The notes below the pieces were generated by a model. The model worked only from the letters and a program-made list of their open reading frames with translations, was not told the origin of the DNA and did no database searches. Shown piece after piece: positions 19,040 to 29,053 of a DNA stretch of 58,788 bases (position 1 is the stretch's first letter; each line of letters opens with the position of its first letter). This DNA is from a virus (lineage: Duplodnaviria; Caudoviricetes), in the IMG/VR virus record IMGVR_UViG_3300007094_000198, positions 1 to 58,788 of that record; one strand, written 5' to 3'. The position numbers were made by a program, and so were the translations under genes.

Positions 19040-19867
19040 CTATCTAAAAGAGTTTATTTTATTGCACCAATATGTTATATTGAGTCTTTCAGTGTTTACG
19101 AATGCTTGTCCGTTTTTATATAAATTTTTAAAATAACTCATTTTTTCTTGTAGTTCCATTTCATCGTTCCAGTCTTTAACAAAAAGCACAGGTAAACCTT
19201 TCGTTATTTCTCTAAGAGAAAAACTCTCTTCAACAATCGGTATAGAACCTAAATACAACGTCTCCCATGTTCTATGGCAATCTAAACCGTTCCCGCGAGG
19301 CGACGCTATAAATAAAAATTCTTTAACCTTCTCGCAATAAGCTTTATACTCTCTTCCTACGTCTAAAAAACAAATGTCGTTTTGCTGGAGTTTTTCTAAA
19401 ACATTTCTCCGATTTGAATGTGTTCTCAGGTTAAAATTACAATATATTTTATTTATAATCTTGTTTGAAACCGGTTCAGGTGCTACATTATTAAAGAGCC
19501 AATTAAAATCAGTATACGCGCCTCTATATGGTCCTGAATTACTCTCTAGCCCAATAGGTATACAATGTAAATCTGGGTGCTCATATGTAACATTTTGGGC
19601 AAACCATTTAATAATATTACTCGGTTTTTTGTCGAAAAAGATTTTATTTATTTCATAATCACTGCAATGCGTAATTAATATAAATTTACTCTCTGGTACT
19701 GAACTGCATTGGTTAAACACTAAATCTAAAAAATCCGGTCTACACCAAACAACCTTAGTTGTGTTTGAAGGTAATATACGATCCTGTCTATCTGGACCGA
19801 TAATGTAATCAGCTATTCGCTGGTACTGAGTACCAGCTATAAACTCATTCGCAAAATCCTTAATCAT
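19040..19867 (-). CDS. Exostosin/GT47-like glycosyltransferase
   Basis: SPRGNGLDCHRTWETLYLGSIPIV motif. Confidence 0.75.
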   Translation of the reverse strand: MIKDFANEFIAGTQYQRIADYIIGPDRQDRILPSNTTKVVWCRPDFLDLVFNQCSSVPESKFILITHCSDYEINKIFFDKKPSNIIKWFAQNVTYEHPDLHCIPIGLESNSGPYRGAYTDFNWLFNNVAPEPVSNKIINKIYCNFNLRTHSNRRNVLEKLQQNDICFLDVGREYKAYCEKVKEFLFIASPRGNGLDCHRTWETLYLGSIPIVEESFSLREITKGLPVLFVKDWNDEMELQEKMSYFKNLYKNGQAFVNTERLNITYWCNKINSFR

Positions 19868-20535
19868 TTTTCTCCTATAAATAAGTACGCGCCACTATTA
19901 TATTGAGGGTATCTACTCTCTGCTCTCGAAAGTACTTTTTTAAAAATTGTTTTATATTTATTACTTATAAAGCTATCGATTTCCTTTTCATCGAGCATTA
20001 TAGGGTGCATTTTATCATTTTTTACAACGTCGTTATTTTTATCTAAATCGTCTTTCAAATCTTGCCCTAAAATAAATACTCCACCTGGCCGTAAAAGAGA
20101 TTCAATTTTCTCGAAACACCGCTTTACCGAGTATACATGATCCAAAACATTAATCATAATTATACAATCTACAGGTTCACATTCTAATTCTTCAAGAGGT
20201 TTGGTGAAGCCTAAAACTTTTTTTTCCCTCATAAAACGTCCTACGCTCTTATTAAGATCAATGTAATCTTTAAGCAGAGGATCATTTACAAACATTTTCG
20301 GGGTGTAACCTAAAGCTTTAATTAAGAGCTGTATGTTTTTTGCCCATGGTCCACACCCAACTTCTAAAACAGATTCGAATTTGCGGTTCGAAACATCTTG
20401 AAAATTATTTAACTTCTCACACCACCAGTTATTCCAATCATCTCCATCCGCTTCTGCGTAAACCCAATTTCTTAATTCTAAAGGTTGAGCTTCTTCTGCC
20501 CATTGTTTTTTTGTAATTTCGTTGTATGTGTTCAT
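19864..20535 (-). CDS. Class I SAM-dependent methyltransferase (type 11-like)
   Basis: LEVGCGP, NVLDHV, LRPGG. Confidence 0.85.
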   Translation of the reverse strand: MNTYNEITKKQWAEEAQPLELRNWVYAEADGDDWNNWWCEKLNNFQDVSNRKFESVLEVGCGPWAKNIQLLIKALGYTPKMFVNDPLLKDYIDLNKSVGRFMREKKVLGFTKPLEELECEPVDCIIMINVLDHVYSVKRCFEKIESLLRPGGVFILGQDLKDDLDKNNDVVKNDKMHPIMLDEKEIDSFISNKYKTIFKKVLSRAESRYPQYNSGAYLFIGEK

Positions 20536-20576
20536 TTTTTTAATTATAAAAAACTTCTCTTTAAAGCCACTCTATA

Positions 20577-21497
20577 TTAACTATCACATCTTTCTAAGAT
20601 TTCTTTAATCACTCTCTTATTATGTACATGTAAATTGAATATGGGTACCGCTTTATTGTTATACATGATATACGGAGCTTTATTCATATTAACTGAAATT
20701 TGTTTGTTTATTATAGCTCTACCAACATAATGCTTAAAATCTGTAAAACCTGGTGCTTCGCCACTGTTTGTACCACCTATATATTGCCCGTATGATGTAG
20801 GATCAAATACACACTGAAGCTCTTCAAAGTTCTCCGAACTAATACCGAACGGTAAACTCGGTAACATTTTATAGTTTTTTTTATATCTGTAAATTATATC
20901 TAACAAAGGCATATCTGTTATATAATTACAGAAATACCCTACATAAGGCGCGAGTTTATGTTCTCCTTTTTCGTATAATTGAATATGCTTTTGTAATAAA
21001 TTATCTGCTGCAACTTCATCTTTTAAAAAAATAAAAGAAGGAGCTGAAGAAAAAGGACCTTCATTACAAAAGCCATACTCGCCGTTAGAAAAAATTTTAT
21101 TTAATATTGAAACATTGTTTGCAAAAATAATGTTATCAGCTTCCACGTGGGTTACGTTTTTGAGATAGTGCTTTTTAATATATATACAAAGAAGAATAAC
21201 TCTAATAGATGTATTATACCAAAAAGGGTTTTTTTTATATCTTGACCATTTTTCGTTAATAACTTGATCTAAATATTTAAAATCTTTATCTTCTAATAAA
21301 TCTTGTATATCTTTATTTTCGTTCGTAATAAAATGAGAGTTTTTAAATTTTGCTTTATTAAAGTTATACGTTAACGTGTAAAACTCCGGTAAAGTGGTGT
21401 GCGCGTACCATGTATCTTCTCTGTTCTTACTATCTGTAAAGCTAGAGTTTAAAAAAACATAAACAAGGTTATTAATATTGTTATTATCTTCTTCCAT
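20577..21497 (-). CDS. Putative glycosyltransferase-like protein
   Basis: HVEAD, DM, FDPTSYGQYIGG, NLHVH pattern; glycan-island context. Confidence 0.5.
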   Translation of the reverse strand: MEEDNNNINNLVYVFLNSSFTDSKNREDTWYAHTTLPEFYTLTYNFNKAKFKNSHFITNENKDIQDLLEDKDFKYLDQVINEKWSRYKKNPFWYNTSIRVILLCIYIKKHYLKNVTHVEADNIIFANNVSILNKIFSNGEYGFCNEGPFSSAPSFIFLKDEVAADNLLQKHIQLYEKGEHKLAPYVGYFCNYITDMPLLDIIYRYKKNYKMLPSLPFGISSENFEELQCVFDPTSYGQYIGGTNSGEAPGFTDFKHYVGRAIINKQISVNMNKAPYIMYNNKAVPIFNLHVHNKRVIKEILERCDS

Positions 21498-22233
21498 ATA
21501 TTGTACCTCTGTGATGTAGGAACACTCTCTGATATGTACAACTTACCGGTCTTAGCCCGTCCCCTGCTTCTGAGGGTTCCGGGTAAAGCCTTACGTCGTA
21601 TTGTTGCGCAAGCATTGAAACCACAGATTGATCGTGTCTGTTATCTACTTTTTGAGGAAAATCCTTACCTAATACTGAAGGCTCGTCAGTGACAATCCTA
21701 CGGTCAGTGCAAAACTGAAAATACTCTGTTACAAACTTCACTGTTTCTGGGTTTTTTTGATATAGTTGAAAAGCTGCATCAACTTGGCTACCGTAATGAT
21801 ATTCCTTAGTATCACAATCCATTAAAATAAAAGCGTCCCTCTTTGTCCACATGTAGTTTTGCCATATTTGCCCTTGCGGGTGACCTGAACGGTTTTCAAA
21901 AAGAAGAAACCCTCTATTTTTTACACATAATTCAAATAACGGCTCAATATCTCCAACTATATCCGTACCACTGTCTATATAAAAAACAAAGTCTCCCTCA
22001 TCTACGTTCTCTAACGTTTTTAAAATAATATACGGTTTCCAAAACCAAAAACCTACACCTCTTCTGTATTGCGAAATTTCAGGGTATTGCTTGAATAGCT
22101 GTATAATTGAAGAGGTATTTTCATCAAAATTAGCGCAACCATTAAATACTTTTTTAGACTGCTGTGTAAGTCTGTCTTGACTCATTTTTAATGCGTAACT
22201 GTACCCTGCAAACGTTGTTAAAATTTTTTTCAT
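21484..22233 (-). CDS. Putative GT-A glycosyltransferase
   Basis: GFWFWKPYII, YIDSG and RHDQS motifs. Confidence 0.6.
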   Translation of the reverse strand: MKKILTTFAGYSYALKMSQDRLTQQSKKVFNGCANFDENTSSIIQLFKQYPEISQYRRGVGFWFWKPYIILKTLENVDEGDFVFYIDSGTDIVGDIEPLFELCVKNRGFLLFENRSGHPQGQIWQNYMWTKRDAFILMDCDTKEYHYGSQVDAAFQLYQKNPETVKFVTEYFQFCTDRRIVTDEPSVLGKDFPQKVDNRHDQSVVSMLAQQYDVRLYPEPSEAGDGLRPVSCTYQRVFLHHRGTIYGRR

Positions 22234-23024
22234 AGTGTAAAATATTTTTTTTCTAAATCTACTTCATTATCAAATGGAACGTACCAAAGAATGTTATTAT
22301 GAGTTGCTCGTTTTAAAAGTACGTTTTGTACGTATCCAAACCATCTCGCACCTAAATGATCGCTATCTGTAACAAAGACTTGTTCATTATAACTATTACC
22401 TGAAGATTGCTCCATTGATTCGCTCTTGTGATCGAGATGAAAAACCGGTAAGGGTGGTTTATTTAAAACCATACAATCTCCGTATAGCATACATTTAGTA
22501 AAAAAATATGTATCCCAGTACGCACACCCTAAAACCATTTTTTTAAATTTTTTTCTATTCGCGGTCCACCATTGTTTCTTAACCCCAAACCCCTCAAACC
22601 CGTGTACGCTAACAGACTGTGGTATAGGTGCTGGGTCATTAATAGAATCTAGTTTTGTAAAATGCAGTTTTGAAGCGGGAAAACAATCTTTATTGGGGTT
22701 ACTCTGTATAGATTTAACAAAACGATCAGAAACTGCTAAATCATTATTTATAAAAATAAAATAATCATCGCTATTTTCTGATAAAATATCAAAAAATTGA
22801 TTAACAAACGGTAGCTGTCTCCCGTCACTATTAAAGTATTCTAACACTTTTTTTATATTTTTGAACCCCTCTATTTCGTGTTCTTTTTCGTCAATAATAT
22901 TACAAATTTCAACAGTATCCGTAAACTTGCTTTTTATTTTCAATAACGATTGATAGCACATTATCTCCCGGTTATTAAAATCTTTTAGCTTCTTAAACGT
23001 GTTTATACCTATAGTAATTTTCAT
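22230..23024 (-). CDS. Putative GT-A glycosyltransferase
   Basis: LPFV, FIFINND, G...WD, HLDH. The ATG at 23024 overlaps the upstream stop (ATGA). Confidence 0.55.
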   Translation of the reverse strand: MKITIGINTFKKLKDFNNREIMCYQSLLKIKSKFTDTVEICNIIDEKEHEIEGFKNIKKVLEYFNSDGRQLPFVNQFFDILSENSDDYFIFINNDLAVSDRFVKSIQSNPNKDCFPASKLHFTKLDSINDPAPIPQSVSVHGFEGFGVKKQWWTANRKKFKKMVLGCAYWDTYFFTKCMLYGDCMVLNKPPLPVFHLDHKSESMEQSSGNSYNEQVFVTDSDHLGARWFGYVQNVLLKRATHNNILWYVPFDNEVDLEKKYFTL

Positions 23025-23794
23025 TGTTTTAATTTTTGTATCTTTTGCAAAACTCGCTCTCTTGAAGTATCCGGTATTTGATTGACCATCAACCCATGCT
23101 TTTGAACAAACATTTCCCACTGTTCTCGGATACGTTGCTCTCTGTTTCCGTCTGGTCTATCGCCTTGCAATCTACTAACAGCTACAGGGTTGTTTTTGAT
23201 ATATAAATCGGAGTCCGTAATATCTGCAAACCACCAAAATGGGGCTGCATACTCTTCTTGAGACTCTCTATACGCCATATCAATATCAAAAGGATCTCGA
23301 AACTGTGTATCGTACAAACCTACTTTTTCAAAGCAAGAACTGTGATGGTAAGTAAACTCATTACACATGTTTTTGTAAAAAGATACACTAATATCTTTAC
23401 TATACTGTACAACTAACCTTGGTGTTCTACTCCTTGGTGCTCCTGAATCCCAGGATGTACTCACAAAAGAAAAATATTTTAACCCTGTTTTTTTAGACGT
23501 CTCAATATATTTACTAAAAATATTTGAATCTTTAATGATCATGTCATCTTCAATTATAAAAATATGCTCGCAGTCGTTTTTTATAAGAGATTTAATTGCG
23601 TCATTCCTACACACTGCTGGGTACTTGTTTATTTTATGCTGTATCCATTCACTACAAACATACTTGTCCTGGTACACATCACCACCATTAACTACAACAA
23701 AGTGATTAATTTTATTTTGATCTATACTTTTATACAGTTCTTTAAAGTAATTTTCTGAATTATAAGTAACTATACCTACGCCTATTTTTTCCAT
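23021..23794 (-). CDS. GT2-family glycosyltransferase
   Basis: GIVTYN, RN, IIEDD, VGLYD; paralog of 23782-24579. Confidence 0.8.
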   Translation of the reverse strand: MEKIGVGIVTYNSENYFKELYKSIDQNKINHFVVVNGGDVYQDKYVCSEWIQHKINKYPAVCRNDAIKSLIKNDCEHIFIIEDDMIIKDSNIFSKYIETSKKTGLKYFSFVSTSWDSGAPRSRTPRLVVQYSKDISVSFYKNMCNEFTYHHSSCFEKVGLYDTQFRDPFDIDMAYRESQEEYAAPFWWFADITDSDLYIKNNPVAVSRLQGDRPDGNREQRIREQWEMFVQKHGLMVNQIPDTSRERVLQKIQKLKQ

Positions 23795-24579
23795 AATTTC
23801 TTAATTTTTTTTAATGATTGTATAGTTTCTTCTTTACTAGCGACTTTAGCTTGTGGGTCTCTTACATCAAAATTATTTTGTTTAGCGAAATAATCAGCCA
23901 TTTTATAAAAATTATGAACCCAGTTCTGGTCTTTTCTAATTGTAGATCCTGCGTGATTGGAATCTTGTTCTGAAATATATTTTGAACTATCAGCAATGTC
24001 CGCAAACCACCTAAAAGGTGGGTGCATTTGGTTTTGAATAATTTTGTAAGTGTGGTCTACATGTTCCAAAGCATTATAATAATACTCATCCATATAACCA
24101 CATTCTTCAATACATTTACGAGTGTAAAAAGATAACGCCCCGTAAACATTAGGGTAAAGACAAACTGTGCAATCCTTTGAGTATTCAACCTGTAAATTAA
24201 TAGCAGGGGTTCTGTCTGCTCTATAATTGTCAGTTCCGTGAAACGCAAAATTAAAATGCTGAATACCTGATAATTTAGATGCTTCAATATATCTTTGAAA
24301 CACACTTAAGTCTTTTATGACTATATCATCTTCTAAAAGAAAAAAATAATCATAACCTTCTGACATAAACTGCTTTAAAGCTATATTTTTAGCTTTTCCG
24401 ACTCCGCTCCTCGGTGTTTCAGTCGTTAAACCGTAACCACACTCTATGCTTTCAGATATATCTTGATTACCGTCATTCACAATAAAAATGTCTTCTGTTA
24501 CGTTTTTAACAGAGTCTAAAAGCTGTCGCACGTAATCAAGTCTATCACAAGTAATAATACCAACACCAAAAGCACCCAT
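23782..24579 (-). CDS. GT2-family glycosyltransferase
   Basis: GIITCDR, VNDG, GVGKAKN, LLEDD, GYMDE, EHVD. Confidence 0.85.
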   Translation of the reverse strand: MGAFGVGIITCDRLDYVRQLLDSVKNVTEDIFIVNDGNQDISESIECGYGLTTETPRSGVGKAKNIALKQFMSEGYDYFFLLEDDIVIKDLSVFQRYIEASKLSGIQHFNFAFHGTDNYRADRTPAINLQVEYSKDCTVCLYPNVYGALSFYTRKCIEECGYMDEYYYNALEHVDHTYKIIQNQMHPPFRWFADIADSSKYISEQDSNHAGSTIRKDQNWVHNFYKMADYFAKQNNFDVRDPQAKVASKEETIQSLKKIKKLWKK

Positions 24580-24580
24580 A

Positions 24581-25198
24581 TTACTTTTCTTTATTGCTCT
24601 TAATATACTCTTTAAGAGACGCTTTTAATTCTTCTATTTCTTGGTATTTTTTATTTTGTGGGAAATCCCCATGCTTATAATTAAACCACCCACACGATAA
24701 TTCCTCCATAATGTTTTTACTCACTTTTTTCTCCTCTGTTGCTACATCAAACAACCACGGTAGATGTTTTGTGCTTAGATTAGGGTATTTTTTAGCGCTA
24801 CTGAGCCTATGAACATAATCCCCATAACAGCAATTATCTGTTAATCTTTCATCAAAATACCCCACTGTTTGTATAGCTTCTCTTGTAATAAACAAAGTAA
24901 TTATTTTTTGCTCAAGTATACTACCTGCAAGGAGCGCTACCCCACTACCGCAATCGATTGTTTGCTGAGCCTGTAGCCTGCCAGCAAAAAAAGGTAGCTT
25001 TATTTTCTGATGAGCTTTCACGCAAAGCTCCATATAACTTTGAACCTGTTCTTCAGTAAGAACAGGTAGTTCTGTTTTTGTAAAATATATTAACGCGCAA
25101 TCTTCTGAACTATTATGAATAAAATCTCTTAAAATTTTATTAACTTTTGTGCCTATTAATTCTATTTGCTCTTCTAATTTGTATAATTTTGTAGTCAT
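24581..25198 (-). CDS. Degenerate GT2-like protein
   Basis: FITREAIQTVGYFDERL..D...R matches the C-terminal GT2 motif of its neighbours; N-terminal DxD region absent. Confidence 0.45.
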   Translation of the reverse strand: MTTKLYKLEEQIELIGTKVNKILRDFIHNSSEDCALIYFTKTELPVLTEEQVQSYMELCVKAHQKIKLPFFAGRLQAQQTIDCGSGVALLAGSILEQKIITLFITREAIQTVGYFDERLTDNCCYGDYVHRLSSAKKYPNLSTKHLPWLFDVATEEKKVSKNIMEELSCGWFNYKHGDFPQNKKYQEIEELKASLKEYIKSNKEK

Positions 25199-26247
25199 TT
25201 TTCTAATAAAGCTCTTTTATAAATATCCTCAACTACTGATAAAATCTCTTCTTTACTTACATCAACTGTCATAGAATTTACAAACTCATGTATAGCGCTC
25301 TGTATGTCTATACCTACCATTTCAAGATCTTGCTCTTCATCTATAAAGCTCTCGCGCACTGTATGTTCTACTCTGAACTGTAGAGGGGACATACATGTAA
25401 TCATTGATGTAATTTTATGGAGTTTATCTTGCTCCACAGTTCTGTCTACTAAAAAAGATACTATGTTATTTTTTACTTTTTCTTTAAAAATACTAATTTT
25501 ATCTTTTTGTTCTAAGAGCTCTGATAATTTTATTTTAAAATGCACCGGGGAAACAGGGTTTTCAATAAATTCAAAATTTAACGTTTCACTATTTAAGATA
25601 GTATAACCTTTGACTTGCTCTCTCTCACCAAAATCCATTTGGTACGGAGCGCCTAAATATAATACCTCTCTACCAGTATCATAATACCGGTGCTCTCTTA
25701 AATGAAAATGCCCTGTTACTACCTTACTTCCCACTACATGCAAATCTTCAGCTGATTGACCGTGTTCACATATCTTGAAAGAATTCATTTTAAAATTTGT
25801 AAGTTCAAAATGTCCAAATATAATGTCACACGCCTGTATGTCTTCCACAGCTGTACCCCACGGGCAAAACATATAGCTTCTACTTCCATGTCTTACCAAC
25901 GTTGGCGTGTCAAGTATAGTAACATTCTCCCAAGATTTAAATACTTCAAGGGAATGTACCGTTGCGTTACTCTTAAAGTAACAGCAATGGTTACCCGGTA
26001 TCATTACTAAATTAAAATCTTTGAATTTATTTAAAAATTCAATACCACACTTTAGTGTTGTCTGTTCTATTTCATGTCTCGTGTGAAAAAAATCCCCGCA
26101 AAATATAATATCTTTAATATTTTTACGGTTAAGCTCCTTTACAAACCAATCTCCAAAATTTAATGCAATAGTATGCCACACAGAGGAATCTTTATGAACC
26201 CCAATATGTAAATCAGAAAACAACGCAATTTTTGAATTTTTAAACAT
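25195..26247 (-). CDS. gp47: Recombination endonuclease subunit gp47 (Mre11/SbcD)
   Basis: DLHIG, GDFFH, PGNH, PW, GHFE and GHFH phosphoesterase motifs; adjacent to gp55. Confidence 0.93.
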   Translation of the reverse strand: MFKNSKIALFSDLHIGVHKDSSVWHTIALNFGDWFVKELNRKNIKDIIFCGDFFHTRHEIEQTTLKCGIEFLNKFKDFNLVMIPGNHCCYFKSNATVHSLEVFKSWENVTILDTPTLVRHGSRSYMFCPWGTAVEDIQACDIIFGHFELTNFKMNSFKICEHGQSAEDLHVVGSKVVTGHFHLREHRYYDTGREVLYLGAPYQMDFGEREQVKGYTILNSETLNFEFIENPVSPVHFKIKLSELLEQKDKISIFKEKVKNNIVSFLVDRTVEQDKLHKITSMITCMSPLQFRVEHTVRESFIDEEQDLEMVGIDIQSAIHEFVNSMTVDVSKEEILSVVEDIYKRALLEK

Positions 26248-26256
26248 TAAACAAAA

Positions 26257-26808
26257 TCATTCTAACTCTTCATCATAATAACCGCTCTTATCTTCATCAT
26301 AAGAATCATCTTCGTTTGTTCTCTTAGTATTTTTTCTTGTAGGTATTTGATTATTCTCCGTAAGTAAATTGAATACTTCCTCTTGGTATCTATGTAGTGT
26401 CTCGTGCTCCTTCTTTTCTTTTTTAATTCTATTCTGAAAAGCTCTATACGCAACCTTTGTAAAGTAAGAAAACGGGTTATAGCCCTTGTTACATTTAAAG
26501 CGCTTTCTTGTTAATGCTGTTATCATTTTTATAACTGCGTCTCCGATCATTTCAGTCTTAAAGGAGTAGTTAATGAAATTTTGAGCATACCCTAGGCGAG
26601 TAGCGATTTTCTGTATCATGTCTGCAAGATCGTTCTTAAGCTCGCCTGTCTTGTAGTATAGTACAATCAGCTTCTCCATCTCGATCGGGTCTACATAATT
26701 TTCTTTTAGCTCTTCTTTTGTACGTCGTACTCTCTTTTTAGGGAGGGTAATTGGGTCGTCTGCAAATGATTGCTGTTTAAGTATAACGGATTTTTTAGCT
26801 GTAGCCAT
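26257..26808 (-). CDS. gp55: Late-transcription sigma factor gp55
   Basis: NYVD, KIA..L...NF.NYS...EMIGDA, NPFSYFT...AF..RIKKEKK. Confidence 0.92.
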   Translation of the reverse strand: MATAKKSVILKQQSFADDPITLPKKRVRRTKEELKENYVDPIEMEKLIVLYYKTGELKNDLADMIQKIATRLGYAQNFINYSFKTEMIGDAVIKMITALTRKRFKCNKGYNPFSYFTKVAYRAFQNRIKKEKKEHETLHRYQEEVFNLLTENNQIPTRKNTKRTNEDDSYDEDKSGYYDEELE

Positions 26809-26822
26809 AAAGATGTTTTTTG

Positions 26823-26850
26823 ATTATATTACTTTTGTTACATTTATCAA
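26823..26850 (-). promoter_or_regulatory. sigma70-like promoter for gp55 (TTGATA-N16-TATAAT)
   Basis: Hexamers read directly. Confidence 0.7.
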
Positions 26851-28304
26851 GGCTGGTAAATGTCTTTTATTGTAAATTTTATAGATTCTGATTGATAAAG
26901 CGAAATACGTTCATTCATATGAGCTGCACTATATTTTAAATTGTCAGCTATATCGAGTATATACGCGCTTTTTTTAGATTCGTGAAGTCGTAAGCTCCTG
27001 CCAATAGATTGTATTATTTTATTTTTTGCTTTACCGATAGATGCAAAAACAACGTAATGTAAGTTACGTATGTTAATACCTGTACTAAAAATTTTAGAAA
27101 TTGCTATACATATTACATTATTGTTATGCTCCATAATGTTTCTAATCTTTTCGCGTTCCTCTATCTCAACAGAACCCTGCACAAAGAAAACTTGTTTGTT
27201 TGATATATCTTTAATTTTTTCTAGTAGAACCTCTCCATGATTGATACGATCTACCATAATTAAAGAGTTTTTCTCCATCTTAGAGACTAGTTTATAAATT
27301 ACATCGTTTCTAAACTCATTTTCTTGTAAAAACTGTATTTCTTCCTCATATTCCGCAGTCGGGTTAGCAATAGATGCTTGCGTAAAGTTAGGTTGGGTGC
27401 TATGAATTAAGTTTATAACACCGACGTTAACTTGAGTTATGTATTTTTGTTCGCGTAACTCAATAGATTTTTTTGTATAAACAATATCTCCTAATTCTCC
27501 GCAAAGCCCCCACTTATCAATTTGATCAACAGGTAATGTACCTGTAAAACCAAAGCGATATTTTGCTGTTATTTTTTTAAGTACTTTCACTATACTGTTA
27601 CCCTGCTTACACTTGTGCACCTCATCAATAATCAATAAACCTACGCTATTCAGTACATCTAAATCTTGTTTTTTAGATAAGAGTATTTGACTGTTTGCTA
27701 TAATAATATTTTTTGAAAAATCCGGTGGGTTCCCCCCAGACCATTTGGTTATGTCGTTTTCAGATATACCATACTCAAGAAAATCCCCGTACGTTTGCTG
27801 TACAAGCTGTATATCTGGTACAAGTATAAGAGCTTTTTTATTTTGCGCTTGCTCTTGTATACTTTTACAAAGTGTGGCTATAACTAGAGTCTTACCTGCG
27901 GATGTTGGTAATACAACCACCCCAGATTTTTTCTTTAAGCATTCCCTAACAGCTTCCTCTTGATAATCTCTCAACTCTCTATTGAGAGAGAAGATTTCTT
28001 CTTTAAGAGTCGGTATAAACGTTTTTTCGTGAAACTTTTGCGTAATTTGCACACTAACCGCGGTACCGGATAAGCGTAAGCTTTCTACATATCTTTGTAT
28101 CTCACAAAGAAAACGTGGCTCAAATCTACCTTGAGGGGTTATTACATACTTACGTGTTTGCGGTCTATAACCTACTGCATACCTTCTTTTAAAGGCTTGC
28201 TGCTTATCTTCTACAGAAAAATACTCTCTTATATTGGGTAGAAACTCTGAAAGTATCTGACCTTTCTTTTTTATATCATCAAAATCTATCTTAACTTCTA
28301 CCAT
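26847..28304 (-). CDS. uvsW: UvsW SF2 helicase
   Basis: LRDYQ, PTSAGKT, DEVH, GFTGT, FSTGINI, QSIGRSLR. Confidence 0.93.
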   Translation of the reverse strand: MVEVKIDFDDIKKKGQILSEFLPNIREYFSVEDKQQAFKRRYAVGYRPQTRKYVITPQGRFEPRFLCEIQRYVESLRLSGTAVSVQITQKFHEKTFIPTLKEEIFSLNRELRDYQEEAVRECLKKKSGVVVLPTSAGKTLVIATLCKSIQEQAQNKKALILVPDIQLVQQTYGDFLEYGISENDITKWSGGNPPDFSKNIIIANSQILLSKKQDLDVLNSVGLLIIDEVHKCKQGNSIVKVLKKITAKYRFGFTGTLPVDQIDKWGLCGELGDIVYTKKSIELREQKYITQVNVGVINLIHSTQPNFTQASIANPTAEYEEEIQFLQENEFRNDVIYKLVSKMEKNSLIMVDRINHGEVLLEKIKDISNKQVFFVQGSVEIEEREKIRNIMEHNNNVICIAISKIFSTGINIRNLHYVVFASIGKAKNKIIQSIGRSLRLHESKKSAYILDIADNLKYSAAHMNERISLYQSESIKFTIKDIYQP

Positions 28305-28723
28305 TAAGTTGTTTCTAATTGTATTATCTTAATGATGTTACCGATATCATATGATACACTTCGAAAGTTAGACTCAACTTTACCGAGGTACTCTACAAGT
28401 AGCTCGTTCTCTGCTATTTGCTCGTCTATCTTTTGCACAACTGGGTGCTCATCTGCGGAAATTTCTGCAGTCTTCATGGTTAATGTAACAGGGGATGCTT
28501 CCGACATTTTTGAAATTACTTTTTGTTTAGCTTGCTTTCTAAGTTTTTTAAGCTTAATAATTTCTTGCTTATGAAACATCAGTCTCGAAACCCAGTAATG
28601 TCTTGCAGCAGGTAGACCGAGCTGTATATCTTTCATATTGAACTCAGTTACATTAATTTGCTGCTGTATTTGCTCGTGATACTGCTCAAAAATACTTTTC
28701 TTTTCTTCTATCTGTTCCTCCAT
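28304..28723 (-). CDS. uvsY: UvsY recombination mediator
   Basis: 139 aa helical protein immediately upstream of uvsW; C-terminal YL......F....YDI.NII pattern. Confidence 0.7.
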   Translation of the reverse strand: MEEQIEEKKSIFEQYHEQIQQQINVTEFNMKDIQLGLPAARHYWVSRLMFHKQEIIKLKKLRKQAKQKVISKMSEASPVTLTMKTAEISADEHPVVQKIDEQIAENELLVEYLGKVESNFRSVSYDIGNIIKIIQLETT

Positions 28724-28788
28724 ATAATAAAAATATTCATTAATATAGTATACTTCTATTAAAAAGCCATTTAATTAAATGATATTGT

Positions 28789-28796
28789 AATAAATA
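28789..28796 (+). promoter_or_regulatory. T4-type late promoter (AATAAATA)
   Basis: Close to the gp55 consensus TATAAATA; 8 nt before ATG 28805. Confidence 0.5.
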
Positions 28797-28804
28797 ATAA
28801 CATA

Positions 28805-29053
28805 ATGACTAGCTTTGTGGAAATTGTGCTTAGTGTTTTAAATGAAGAAAACGTAGCGGGGTCTGGGGGACCTCTCGGTACATTTGACGCACATGCACCC
28901 GGGGTAAGCTTTAACTATAGTCCGCAAGACCATCGCTTACCGTACTCATTACCGCATATGTTCAAGCGCACGTTAAGTAACGATAGTTTTATTAGTGGTG
29001 GTAAAAAGAAATACGGTACCCGTAAAAAGAGTAAAAGTAAGAACCGAAGATGA
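28805..29053 (+). CDS. Small hypothetical protein with a basic C-terminus, possible internal head protein
   Basis: MTSFVEIVLSVLNEE N-terminus, K/R-rich tail, late promoter. Confidence 0.5.
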   Translation: MTSFVEIVLSVLNEENVAGSGGPLGTFDAHAPGVSFNYSPQDHRLPYSLPHMFKRTLSNDSFISGGKKKYGTRKKSKSKNRR

